64,000 nucleotides of DNA. Source: Leucoraja ocellata. Its lineage: Eukaryota. Numbering within the stretch: the stretch's first letter is position 1; every line of letters begins with the position of its first letter. The translations under genes and the position numbers were made by a program. The stretch lies in contig JAWMAR010000200.1 in assembly GCA_036785375.1 (NCBI GenBank), forward strand, positions 1,612,001-1,676,000, read 5' to 3'. The notes beneath the pieces are model-generated. The model had not been told where the DNA came from, did not search any database, and saw nothing but the letters and a program-made list of their open reading frames with translations. Positions 1 to 11,969 of this stretch are shown here, piece by piece.

Positions 1-884
1 TCATAGAAGGTAATTGACCTGATTCCATGTCCTTATGCAATGAAGTGCTATGCTTTAATATTGCACCATTAATGGAATAATACCTATATCCACGATGATG
101 TTGGCCGTTGACACTGTTCTGTTCCATAGTGGGATTATGTTTGGTCTGTATCCCCTTCACTCTGCTTGGATCCATATTCCTTAACATAATACCCTGAACT
201 AACAAATATTAAAACAAAACCACACAGCTCTTGAATAACTAAGCTTTATGCATTTGTACAGTTTTCTGTTCTGGAAAATTGTGCTTACTATGTTGCTTAG
301 AGTAGTCTGGTCTGACTTATTTGATTATTAACTCCAGGTATCATGTTGGAAGCACCATGGTCATCGTTAGTTTTAGTAGTCTATATGATTACTTCTAAGG
401 CATTCTATTATTAGCCATTTGACGTACAAAGGAATACGAGTTTGATCTTCCCTTTTCAATAAGAAGTATGAAATTAATTATAGTAGAAACTTTATAGCAT
501 AGTATTAAAGAGAATTAATGACTCATTAATGCACTCACAAGGAAGCTTCTTTTAGAACTTGCTCTTTTGATCAACTTGGTAATATAAGACGGTAACAAGA
601 CAGTTTGTTTCAAACCTGACAGAAACTGTGAAACTGAATAAATTCACATTAGTGTTTCATCATCCCAAAGTAATGAACTGACGAATATCCTTACAGATTT
701 ACAAGCTGTCTTGATGGCGAATAAGTCAATTTACACAGATTGGGTTACTTAAACCAAATATGTTCTTGAGATAATAATTTATTGAAAATAAACCATTGTC
801 TGGAAATATAGACATACATGCAGAAAGACTCTTAGGATGAGAAGATATTTTTGAAACTGATTTGCACAATACTTTGCAGTACTA

Positions 885-1058
885 CCTTTCCTTGTTCTCC
901 AGAGATACTGCCTGACCCCTGAGTTACTCCGTCACTTAAGGACAGAAAGTGCTGGAGTAACTCAACAGGTCAGGCAGCATCTCTGGAGAACATGGAGAGG
1001 TGATATTTCGGGTTGAGGCCCGTCTTCAGGCATGCTGAGTTATTCAACACATTGTGTC
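885..1058. mobile_element. Penelope-derived short repeat units in inverted arrangement, with a minus-strand hammerhead-like core at ~999-1029
   Basis: ctccagagatactgcctgacccctgagttactcc followed by its inverse gctggagtaactcaacaggtcaggcagcatctctggag; minus strand reads CTGAAGA-cgggcctcaaccc-GAAA-tATC. Confidence 0.7.
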
Positions 1059-1244
1059 AATTTTTAATATATATTTGAGAATTATTGCAGAGACTAGATA
1101 CAGGATGGTGGCAGAGAAACTATTGGAATTTCTTTTTGAGGGATAGGATTAAACTACACTAGGAGATGTAAGGGTTAAGCGTAGTCTAGGATTAGATAAG
1201 AGGAAAGCAGTCTGAGTATTCTGACACAATTACCACTTAAAAAA

Positions 1245-1375
1245 TTAAAAGAGGATAGTGTTATTGAAATAGCCATTATGGACTTTAGCAAGGCCTTTGA
1301 CAGGGACACGGGATCATATTGTAAGAATTTATGGAAACCAGGACAATTTGCAAAATTGCATCTGTAATTGGCTTT
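1245..1375 (+). pseudogene. Degenerate CR1-type LINE RT fragment
   Basis: atggactttagcaaggcctttgac at 1278 = MDFSKAFD, a CR1 RT motif. Confidence 0.5.
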
Positions 1376-1384
1376 AAAATCCCT

Positions 1385-1905
1385 TCCCCTGCTCTTTTCC
1401 CTCCCCTCTCTTCCCAGTACCCAATCTGGACTTGCTTCCAAACTGGACTGGACTCTTTGATCCCTCCCCTTCCATCCACATTCCTTGCTCTGGCATCAGC
1501 ATTCACAAATCTTCTATCCTTATCTCACACCATTAGTCGTTTTATCTATGGCCTTTGTCCAACTGTTAGTCTATCCAAAACCCCCTCACCTGTCCCCACC
1601 TATCACTTGCCATGCTTAATATTCTGCCCCACACCTCTTCCAGCTTTCCTCCCCCTCCCCCCCCCCCTCCCCCCCCACCCCCCACACACACACACATACA
1701 CACACAATCAGTCTGAAGAAGGGTCTTGACCCACAACGTCACCTATCCATGTTCACCAAAGATGCTTCCTGGCTTGCTGAGTTACTCCAGCACTTTGTAG
1801 CCTATTGTGTATTAATCAGCATCTGCAGTTTTTTGTTTCTACATTCTTATTCCAGCACTGTGTCTTTTTTTAATAAACCAGCATCTGCAGTGCCTAATGT
1901 CTTCA
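1385..1905 (+). mobile_element. Penelope-like element 3' region (pLTR-like) with degenerate hammerhead motif at 1713-1740
   Basis: Pyrimidine-rich tract, then agtCTGAAGAagggtcttgacccacaacGTCacc and gctgagttactccagcac; same order as the 3' end of the GIY-YIG-bearing copy at 34393-34995. Confidence 0.65.
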
Positions 1906-2717
1906 TATGTTTCTGTCTCATTGAACATTTCTTTCATTCCCTTTATCCAGTCGGGATTTTATCATCTTTTGAATGTGGGCTTGTTTAATAAATATTTGGT
2001 TAACCAACAAAAGAATATCGCATGCTTCCAATTTGAGCAATGTAACCTATCTATGCCCCAGGAAAACATGTGAAGCACTGAATGAATCTGTTGCTGCTTT
2101 TGCAGGATTGATGTGGTGCACCTGCCCCATACCTTTCATTTCATTTCAAAGATGCTTTATCAACTGGCATAAGTATAAAGAACAAAATTGAAACGAAGGA
2201 CGTGATGATAACATGACTGCAATTGAGAATCCTTTCACTTCAATCTACAGAATCACTTTTTGCTTCCACGGTGCTTCATGTTTTCACTTCAGCTGTATTA
2301 ATCCATTGCTTTTGTTCAAAAATCCTTCACCATATTTTTATAATTTCATTTTAAAATCTGTTTTGTGACAAGGGCCTGAGATGATCTAGAATGGTGCGTT
2401 TGTCAAACATAAATTATAATCCCTTTTATCATTTTTATTTGCAATCATCTTTTTTATATTCAAAGATTATTTATTGGAATTAAAAAAAATTAACTATGGA
2501 TTAATGTGACTTCAGGAAAATTTAATGGAGTACACTGAAGAGAAATTTAACTGAACAATTGAAGACACAATAGATCTGAAGACAATTATGTTACATTAGC
2601 AATTTTAAACTTCATCAGAACAAACAATGCACTATGCATAGATCACAGAAAATACTCCTAAAGTCTACAGGTAAATATTCCTGAAATCTACAAGGTGTAG
2701 GTCAATTCTGTTTCGAC

Positions 2718-2930
2718 TTTACTCGAGATACAGCACGGAAACAGGCCCTTCGGCCCACCAAGTCCGCGCAGACCAGTGACCACCCGGTAGACTAACACTA
2801 TCCGACATTCGAGGGACAATTTTTATAAATTTACCAAAGGCAATTAACCTATAAACCTGAATGCCTTTGGAGTGTGGGAGGAACCCCACGTGGTCACAGG
2901 GAGAACGTACAAACTCCACATAAAGAGCAC
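2718..2930 (-). mobile_element. tRNA-derived V-SINE (HE1-like), 5' truncated
   Basis: Matches the body (gagtttgtacgttctccc, cactccaaag) and CR1-like tail (gggccgaagggcctgtttccgtgctgtatctc) of full copies at 40318 and 42097. Confidence 0.8.
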
Positions 2931-2947
2931 GTTCAAGTATGGAACAT

Positions 2948-3285
2948 AGGCACAGCTGGTAGTTGGCTCACACGTCCAGGAACCAGGATTCAAACTTGAC
3001 CTCTGGTGGTGTTTGTGTCGAGTTTGTACATTCTGCTTGTGACAGTATGAGTTTCCATTGCATGTACCGATTACTTCCCATATACCAGAGATATATGGGT
3101 TGGTAGGTTAATTGGGTACTATACATTTCAGTGCTATGTAGGTGAGTGGTATAATTTTGGGGGAGTTGATGGGAATGTAGGGAGATTAAAACTAGATTAG
3201 TATTGGATTGGTATGGAATTGGGTACTTCATGCCCAGTCTGAATCTGGTGGACTGAAGGGCCTGCTATAACTGTGATTTCTATAT
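2948..3285 (+). mobile_element. Old, degenerate V-SINE copy
   Basis: tRNA-like head (ggcacagctggtag...ggattcaaac), gagtttgtacattct core, tail ggactgaagggcctg. Confidence 0.6.
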
Positions 3286-3817
3286 CATTGAGATTGTGAT
3301 CTGCAGTTGTCATTTCAGTTAGAAAAAATGATATCAATAATAGTGACTCGATTTGACACCAATTTAGATTCTGTGCCGATATCTTGAGACTGAGAAATGA
3401 TATGTTCCTTCTTTTAAAAATTCTGATCATGTAATAATACAAGGTGAATCAAGTTATATTTAACTTTACTGTGTACAATTGCATGAATGTTCAATAAGTT
3501 TATGTTTTTTTAAAATATTTTTTTACATTGATAACTGATCCTGACTTCAAAACTGGATCTAAAGAAAATAAAACTTAGAAGCAAGATAGTATTGTGAATT
3601 AAAACATGTATGAGACCTGGGTGCATCCGTAACCGGCATTATTTGGAGAGGTGGGGAGTGGGGTGCATTCCCAGAAAATGATCTATATCACAATTTTCCG
3701 TGACTCAAAGCCACATCATTTGCGCAAAAGCGCCAGTTGAAAAAAAACTTTTTTTTTCTATTTTCTCGTCACATGAATTCCGGGAAAGGAAATTTTATTC
3801 CATAAAGAAGATCGAAT

Positions 3818-4098
3818 AGTATAGCACAGGAACAGGCCCTTCAGCTCACAATGTCCGTGATGGACACGAGGTCAAGTTGAACTAATGTAATCCCATCTGC
3901 CTGCCCGTGATCCATATCCTTCCATTCCCTGCATATCCATGAGCCTATCTAAAAGCCTCTTAAATGGCACTATTGTATCTGCCTGCACCTGAATCATGTT
4001 CAAGGCACTACCCTGCTCATTTTCTTTAAACTTTGCCCCTCTCATCTTAAACCTATGCTCTCTAGTCTTGACATTTCCACCCGAGGGAAAAAGGTTCT
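3818..4098 (-). mobile_element. CR1/HER1-type LINE 3' end
   Basis: Translates to NLFP..KTREHRFKMRGAKFK...FKRLLDRLMDMQGMEGYG (CR1 ORF2 C-terminus), plus 3' tail. Confidence 0.85.
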
Positions 4099-4488
4099 CA
4101 AATTTTTGGGTCATGATTTGTGATTTCTGTAAGGGTGGATTTCCTTTACCCGAATGGCTGTGACATGGAGGTTGCCTGAAGACTTTAATTAAATGGATAT
4201 GAAAAGCATGGCTCGATGCCGGGAGCAGTGAGAGAAAGAATGACACCATCTCTATTTTCAATGCTCTCCTTTTCCATCTGTCAGCCACTAATTTCTGGTT
4301 CGTGTTTCGGCTGCCTGTAAGACGCCACATTTTGTTGGAGGGATTCTTGTCCATCCCAAATGGTAACATGCACGTTCTAGCCTCTTGTACCCTGGAGGAA
4401 TGAGAAATGTCAAAATATTTGGAGCTAGAATTGCATTAATGCAAGCAGCTTGACAGATAGTGTTGTATGATAGCCGCCTCCCCAACAG

Positions 4489-5052
4489 TGTGTCTCGTCC
4501 TTTTCTTCTTTTGTTGTTTATAGTATGTTGTTAAATGTATGTTTTGGTGTATCTTAGTTTTGCATTATGTGGGGGGGAAACTTTTTTCATCTCTTTCCTC
4601 GACGGAGATGCAACTTTTCCATATCGTATCCCCGTCCTTGCAGCCTAACATCGAGGAGCTGGCTTTGGGAGCTTCAACCACGGGAGCCTGCGGACTTAAT
4701 ATCGTGGTGCTCGCGGTCCCTTGGTTAGGGATCGACTTCGGGAGCTCCAACCGCAGGAGCTTCGATCGCCCCAACGTGGGAACTTCGATCGCCCTGTCGC
4801 GGGAGCTTTGATCGCCCGACTGCGGATGGTTCAACTGCCCCGACTGCGGATGGTTCAACTGCCCCGACCGCGGGAGAAAAGGAGGGAAGAAGAGAATATG
4901 TTATTGCCTTCCATCACAGTGGATGTTTCAATTAATTTTTATGGAGATGTGTGCCCTGTTGCTTTTTTGGTATGACTGTATGGCAAATCAAATTCCTTGT
5001 ATGTTTTTACATGCTTGGCTAATAAATTAATTACAATACAATACAGTACAAT
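4489..5052 (+). mobile_element. Non-autonomous GC-rich element with Rex1-type 3' tail
   Basis: T-rich leader, G-run+GAAACTT, hairpin 4601-4636, 24-bp tandem repeats at ~4815-4870; tail aaattccttgtatg...cttggctaataaa(tacaa)n resembles the Rex1 tail at ~21105-21145. Confidence 0.65.
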
Positions 5053-5174
5053 ATGATATTTTTCTGTTGCTATATTAGATATTATTATTTTCTTGGAAAC
5101 ATGATGAAATGATTTCAATCATTGACATGTGTTTCCAGAAACAATATAAATGGTTTGGCAGCAAGCAATTAGAA

Positions 5175-5490
5175 GGCAAATTGTATGTTGACCTATATTG
5201 CAGGAGGATTTCAATGAAGGGTCGAGAAGACTGGCTCCAGCTATGTATGGCCCTGGTAAGGCTATTATGTACAGGTCTGGCCTCTTTCGCTAAAGGAGGA
5301 TATACTTGTGATAGAGGCAGTACAATGAAAGTTCACCCGATCGATTTCTGTGATGTCAGGTTTGTCTGATGAATGGAGATTAATCAGACACGGGATTTTT
5401 TTTTTTTGATTTTGGAAGAATAAAAGTGATCGGATTGAAATGTGCAAAATTGCTGGGATGTCCAGAACCAGGCATTACAGTCTGAAGATA
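5175..5490 (+). pseudogene. Degenerate CR1-type ORF2 fragment
   Basis: LQLCMALVR / tattgtacaggtctgg (YCVQ.W-like) / tccagaaccaggcattacagtctg (SRTRGHSL-like). Confidence 0.65.
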
Positions 5491-6007
5491 CTTTAGATGG
5501 TAATGGGAGCACTGAAATTGCCAAGATAGAGCCTCAGGAAGGTTTTTAGGATCTGTACTTGAAATGTGATTACGTGAAAAAACTGGTTACTGAAATTGAA
5601 ACCAAGTTATCAGACCAAATTTGACTGCTTGAATAGCTGAATTTTGTCTGTGAATGGGGAAAGTAGAGAGAGTAGTTTTTCTTCAAGGCGTTCATTCTGA
5701 ATCAACACTTATGCTCTTAAAGACAATTATCCAAGCCAAGCACACTCTTGCCTGAGAACTGGTATGATCAAATAACTTGCAAATGGAAAATAAAACCATT
5801 AAGATCATAAAAAGATAATGTCATAAAACTAGAATTGTTTCCAAACAAACAATATGTGAGGAATGTAGAATAAAAAAACTAATAGAGTGGCAAAAACACT
5901 TTGAATTGAATATCAGAAGAGGTTACATTTAGGTAAAAAAAAAATCAGTGCAAAATATAGAAGAAATAAAGTGCTGAATTTATAGAACTTGCAAAATTTA
6001 AATTATT

Positions 6008-6225
6008 CAAAGAAGGAACTGCAGATGCTGGATTACAACAATAGACACAAAGTGTTGGAGTAACTCAGCTTCTCTGGAGAGAGTGTCATTTTGGCTCGGG
6101 ATCCTTCTGCAGACTTCACTTGTGGTGGGTTGGGGGAGAAAGCTGAAAGAGAGGTGGGGTCAGAACAAAGTCTGGCAAGTGATAGGTCGACACAGGCACA
6201 GTGAAGAAGGGGAAGTGGGGGGAAG
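6008..6225 (-). mobile_element. Penelope-derived repeat
   Basis: aaggaactgcagatgctgg...gacacaaagtgttggagtaactcag, with a degenerate hammerhead core. Confidence 0.65.
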
Positions 6226-6621
6226 TAGTGATTGTTACATTTTTCGTAAATAACACACAAACAATCTCCCTTCACCCCCCCACCCCCCAATTTTTCCCCC
6301 TCTTTTCCCAGTGGGATGGAAAATTTGGCCACTGTTTAGGAACATCTTTTATATAGTGTACTAATTCGTGAACAGGAGCCAGAAGTCAAATGTGCAGATG
6401 ATACAGGGCTAAAGAACATGCTGAACCATAAATTCAAATGGATATCACATGAGCTCACAAGGAAATATGAGTAGTCTAATGGCAGATACAATTCAGCTGA
6501 GAGGAAATGCAAAAAAGCTACATCTGCCGACTAGGGGACAGTTTGATAATTCCATATATTACAATTGAAAGATTGGGGATATTCTGATTTGCATTAAATT
6601 GAAGCTTTCTTGGTGATCCTT

Positions 6622-8790
6622 ATAATAATAATATATTTTATTGTCATTGCACATCAGTGCAACGAGATTTAGTATGTAGCTTCCAACCGATGTAAAAGAA
6701 AAGTAAAATAAATAAATAAGCTGTGTGACGTGACCATCCGAGGGAGACAGTCCATGGGGGTGGGGGGCACTCAGCAGGGCCGGTTCAGAGCCGCTATAGC
6801 TCTGGGAATAAAGCTGAGTCTGGAGGTTCGGGCGTAGAAGGTCTTGTAACGTCTGCCGGAGGGAAGTAGTTCAAACAGTCCGTTACAGGGGTGTGAGGAG
6901 TCTTTATGGATGCTGACGGCCTTCCTGAGGCACCGTGTGTGGTAGATGCCCTCCAAGGCTGGTAGCTGTGTCCCAATGATCCTCTGTGCTCTGTGGACGA
7001 CGCGCTGAAGAGCTCTCCTCTCCGCCTCAGTGCAGCTGAGATACCACACAGAGATGCCATACGTTAATATGCTCTCTGTGGTGCAGCGGTAGAAGGTTGT
7101 CAGCAGCTGTTGGGGCAGATCAGTCTTTTTTAATGTCCTCAGGAAGAACAGTCGTTGCTGTGCCTTCTTGACCAGCGCAGCGGTGTTGGTGGACCATGTG
7201 AGGTCCTCTGAAATGTGAGTGCCCAGAAACGTAAAGCTGGACACTCTCTCCACACTTTCCCCGTAAATGGAGATTGGGGCATATTCTCCATTATGGGACC
7301 TCCTGAAGTCAATAATCAGCTCCTTGGTCTTGGAGGTGTTTAGTGACAAGTTGTTACATGTGCACCAGTCCGCCAGGTTCTGCACCTCCGCTCTGTATTT
7401 TGTTTCATCACCGTTGGTGATCAGCCCAATCACTGTTGTGTTGTCTGCAAACTTCACGATGGTGTTGGTGTTGAATGCAGGAACACAGTCGTGAGTGAAG
7501 AGGGAGTAGAGCATGGGGCTTAGTACACAGCCCTGTGGTGTGCCGGTGCTCAGGTTGATAGTGGAGGACAGGTGCGGGCCCAGTCTCACTGCCTGCGGTC
7601 GCTCCGTCAGAAAGTTCAGGATCCAATCGCATATCGGCGAGCTGAGGCCTAGCTGGTGGAGTCTGGTGGTGAGCTTGGTGGGGATGACCGTATTGAATGC
7701 AGAACTATTGTATATGTAGAGATCTTCACATATGTGCCCAGTCTGTCCAGGTGAGTCAGGACAGTGTGAAGAGCCAGAGAGATGGCATCCTCTGTTGATC
7801 TATTTGCCCTGTATGCAAATTGATGAGAGTCCAGTGAGGCAGGGATGCTGGATTTGATATGGGAGAGGACCAGCCTTTCGAAGCACTTCATTGGGATTGG
7901 AGTTAGGGAACTGGGCGGTTGGTGACTTTAGACTTTTTCGGCACCGGCACTATGGTGGCTGTTTTCAGGCACTTGGGGACCGTTGCCAGAGATAGGGATT
8001 GATTGAAGATTCTCGTGAATACCTCCGCCAGCTGTACAGCACAGTCCTTTAGTACCCTTCCCTGGACTCCATCCGGGCCTGCAGCCCTGCGTAGATTAAT
8101 CCTACGCAGAGCGCACTGTACCTCCTGAGTGCTCAGTGTTAAGGCCTGTCCCTCCGCCATGGCCCGGGTTATTCTACTCCTGGTGGTGTTGCCAGTTTCG
8201 AAGCGGGCAAAGAAGGTGTTTAGTTCGTTGGCCAGTGTGATATCACCGTGGGGGCAGGCGGGGCTGCTCTTGTAGTCAGTGATGTCCCTGACACCCTGCC
8301 ACATGCTACTGGTGTCCACGGTATTGAAGTGGTCTTCCACCCTTTGCCTGTGGATGTCTTTGGCCTTTTTTATGCCTTTGTTCAGGTTCGACCTGGCCGC
8401 ACTGTAGGCAGAAGTGTCCCTGGATTTAAAGGCATTGTTGCGTGCCCTTAGCAGATTCTGAACCTCCTTGTTCATCCAGGGTTTCTGGTTTGGGAACATC
8501 TTTATTTGCTTGTCCACTGTGACAGTCTCCACACAGCAGTTGATGTAGGAGAGCACAGTGGATGTGTACTCCTCCAAGTCTACCTCTGTACCACTGGTTG
8601 CCTGTTGTGCAAACAGGTCCCAGTCGGTGCGATCAAAGCAGTCCTGGAGTTGTAGGGTGGCGTCCTCGGGCCAAATTTTGACCGTCCTTATTACAGGTTT
8701 GGTCTTGCGGATGAGGGGTTTGTATGCAGGCAGTAGAAACAGTGAGAGGTGATCAGATTGTCCCAAGGATGGGCAGGGGAGAGCTCTTAG
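6622..8790 (-). pseudogene. Rex1/Babar-clade non-LTR retrotransposon, 5' truncated, frameshifted ORF2 (EN C-terminus, RT, C-terminal domain)
   Basis: ORFs 7903-8808, 7649-7891 and 6771-7589 give [76 protein letters not shown]; 3' stem-loop + AATAAA + (TTA)n tail at ~6622-6665. Confidence 0.93.
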
Positions 8791-9387
8791 TGGCAATGGG
8801 TAAAGCAAATTAGATACGGGGCCACATTAAAGATTAAGTAATCATCCAAAATGGTGAAATAGTCTTGTTACTGTTACTTTATAAATCTTGAAAGGATAGA
8901 GAAGAGAACATGTGTGATGGAGGAAATGGAGAGGTTTGAATATGAGAACAGTTGTAAAAATTGATGAAGAGATGATGTAGTTGTCTTTAAATACTCAAGG
9001 ATGAGTTATTGCAGGCAATTACAGGTTTTTTCATCTTGCGCAAAATATTGGATTGAAGATACTGATTGCACGCGAAAGGGAAATAAATTAGGGTAAATCA
9101 TTTTTAAATCAGTGAACCCAGGTCACCGGAAAGTTTGTGGCATTAATCTCTTTTGATTCATTGAAATTAAACAGGTCTTTTAGAAACAAATTTTCAGGAT
9201 ATTGTAACAATGAGGTATGATTGGTGTACACTGCATGGCTGGAACTAGCAAGTGACCTAGGACATAACATTCCCTAAGTCGGGGTGAGGTGCTGGGATTG
9301 TTTCATGTTATACCCATGTCAAATGTAGTTCAGTTCAGTTTAATTTATTGACACGTGTACCGAGGCACAGTGAAAAGTATTTGTTCT

Positions 9388-9535
9388 ATATCTCTCTACA
9401 GCATCGTCTCCATCTCTCGTTTCTCTTTCCCGGGAGTTTCAGTCTGAAGAAGGGTCTTGATCCGAAACGTCACCCATTCCTTCTCCCCAGAGATGCTGCA
9501 TGTCCCACTGAGTTACTCCAGCTTTTTGTGTCTAT
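9388..9535 (+). mobile_element. Penelope-derived short element
   Basis: Same sequence as the 3' region of the Penelope copy at 34393-34600, on the opposite strand. Confidence 0.75.
9441..9475 (+). ncRNA. Minimal type I hammerhead ribozyme-like motif (intact core)
   Basis: agt-CTGAAGA-a-gggtc-tt-gatcc-GAAAC-GTC-accc: CUGANGA, stem II, GAAA, NUH triplet. Confidence 0.6.
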
Positions 9536-10304
9536 TTGCAGAAAGCCAATACATGATTACAATCGTGCCATTTACAGTGATACACGATAAGGGAATAGTG
9601 TTTAGTGCAAGGTAAAGCCAGCTAATGTAGACTAGTTGATCAATTCACTGTTATGATTAGTTACAATTCTAGCTTTGTATCAAACGATTATCAGAATGGC
9701 AAAATGCTCCAGTTCAAATTTTCCAGTGAGTCAGCAGTTTGTGAGAATGTATTTGTGGAAGCCAAATTAAAACAGTTTTCATTAAAATTCATTGACATAT
9801 AAATTAAGGATTTTAAACTCCAGCTTTTTGTATGGATTGGTTTATGTCAAAACAATACATTGCTGAAGTTGACAACCAGGTTCGAGCTATAATGTAAAAT
9901 CTCATTAAAACAGTAATTGGTGTGTATGTAGCATAGAAATTAAGTACATACAATTTTCAGTTTATTAAACTAGTTAGCAAAATTAATATAAAATTGAATA
10001 AAATTTAACGTGTGTGGCATTACAGTCTATGGTCATTAGTAAGTCGGCACAGGCATGTTCGGCTCATGTTGTGGGCTGAAGGGCCTATTGTACTGTACTG
10101 TTCTATGTTCTGCATTCTATTAACCATCTCTGCATTTCCCATCAGAAATATTTCTGCTGAACCTGTTTGTGCCCATTCATTTTCAAATGCTGTTTTTCTT
10201 GGTTTTATTCGCCTCTTGTTTGGGTTCTTCTGTCCTCTACATAAACTGTTCTTTTGGCACGCCAGGCATTCGAAGTCAAGCTGAAATATTTTGCTGCATT
10301 TGTT

Positions 10305-10497
10305 TTTTTTTTACATTCAAGGGATGTGGGCTTTGCAAGGTGAGCCAGCATTTAATTGCCCATCCCTTGATCAGGTGGTGGTGAGCTGCCTTCCATGAGG
10401 GGTACATAAGCCGACAATGCTCTCAAGGAGGGAGTTCCAGGATTTTGACCCAGTGGCAGTGAAAGACCGATGATATATTTCCAAGCCAGGATGGTGC
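10305..10497 (-). mobile_element. L2/CR1-group LINE 3' end (chondrichthyan family)
   Basis: Minus strand aaaatcctggaactccctcc (KSWNSL) and tail gggatgggcaattaaatgctggc; a plus-strand relative lies at 60068-60200. Confidence 0.6.
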
Positions 10498-11384
10498 GTT
10501 ATTATTTTTATTGCCCCATTTGGCAGTAACTCTGCTGTAAAATCTGCAGTGACTGAAGAGAATTTATGCTCCCAGAGATCTCAATCTACCTTAAGAGCAG
10601 TTCTCTCCTTTCCCTTGCACGATAATCATCAAAGTTATAATCCCACTGGAAGCAAGAAAAGACACCAGCACTTCAAATTGACCCCTGACAGAATCCATGC
10701 CCCATTTGTACAGCTGTGCATCTGTTTTGGGATCTTTTTGATATGAAGTAAAAACTGAAACAAGAAAGCTGCATTTGTAAATGCAAGGGAAATATTTTTC
10801 ACAATATATTTATTGTGCAAAAGGTGATTAAATCTCTATGTACAAATGCATTATCTCTGTGGAGATCCAAATACAATGATAATTTCTCATGGATAGCAAT
10901 TTATTGTTGGTTGCTAATGTTAACAGACCCAGGTATCAGCTGCAAGTTGAATCTCCCTGCTGATACTCATATCATGAGTGAAAGCAAACACTGGGAAATA
11001 TTCTGATGATTATGCTAGATTAAATGGTCGTCTGCTTGGTGCTTTTCTTGATAGGGTTTTATGTCCTCTCTTTAGTAGTGTGATCAATGGAAGTTCCTTT
11101 CCTCGGGAATTCTCTGTTTGAGTATTTATGAATGCAAATAATGATTGAACAGTGCTAATAAGTGTGCTGTTTACAGTAAGCGCCATGTTCTTCCAATTTT
11201 GACCATTCCTGCAGTCCTGGTTTCAACATCTATTAGCGTTGGCACATGTTTCTGCTGCCTTTGCTTTATATTGCCTCACAAAATTGCTCTGTCTTTCTAT
11301 ATATCTTTTAAATCATTCCAAATCCTGCCATTTCGATCAAGCTTTTGATTACCAGAGATATAATTCTCTCACCTCTACGTCGTA

Positions 11385-11815
11385 GAGGTTGCGTTCTCAA
11401 GCCTCACATTTGAGAATTGGACACATAATTTATCCCCACATGTCAGGACTGCCCCGAGGCAGTGCTCTACAATTCCAGGCGCCTTCCTTTGGATGTGTTC
11501 TTAAACCAAGACTCATTTTTGCCTTGCTGGTGAGCTTAAAAGATTTGGTCTTTTAACAAGATATCCTTGGTGCTTTGCCAATATTTATCGCCAGGCAGAT
11601 TATCCAGATGCTGAAGAAGGGTCTTGACCCAAAACGTCACCTATTCGTTTTCTCCAGAGGTGCTGTCTGACCCGCTGAGTTACTCCAGCTTTTTGTGTCT
11701 ATCTTTGGTTTAAACCAACATCTGCAGTTCCTTCCTACGCATCTAGATACTATCACACTTTAGCCCAATGTAGGGTGTTGTGGATATATTGTCTCTATGC
11801 ATTTCTGATGTACAA
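11385..11815 (+). mobile_element. Degenerate Deu-domain SINE (SacSINE1/AmnSINE1-like), interrupted at 11610-11740
   Basis: gccttcctttggatgtgttcttaaaccaag, gccaatatttatc and cagattatccagat resemble the Deu-domain consensus and the copy at 47720. Confidence 0.5.
11610..11740 (+). mobile_element. Penelope-derived short element starting at the hammerhead core
   Basis: gCTGAAGAagggtcttgaccc-aaaacGTC...; flanked by atccagat (11602-11609) and atctagat (11741-11748), a probable TSD. Confidence 0.75.
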
Positions 11816-11969
11816 TGGTAAATGATATTAGGGTAGGTTACAAGATTGGTATCCAGAGATTTGGACTGTTGATCTTGAAAAGTGAATTTTAATTGCACCA
11901 AGACATCAGATAAATCTGGAAAGCAAAGCTTGTATCATTAATGGCCTCCATAAAACTTCTCGGACAAAA

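Larger units (their letters stand above)
9326..9620 (-). mobile_element. Short Rex1-type 3' tail fragment interrupted by a Penelope-derived insert
   Basis: Minus strand cttttcactgtgcctcggtacacgtgtcaataaa + (ctgaa)n tail. Confidence 0.55.

Noticed and set aside
94-152. C/D-box snoRNA-like ATGATG start
   Set aside because: No CTGA D box or terminal stem at a suitable distance
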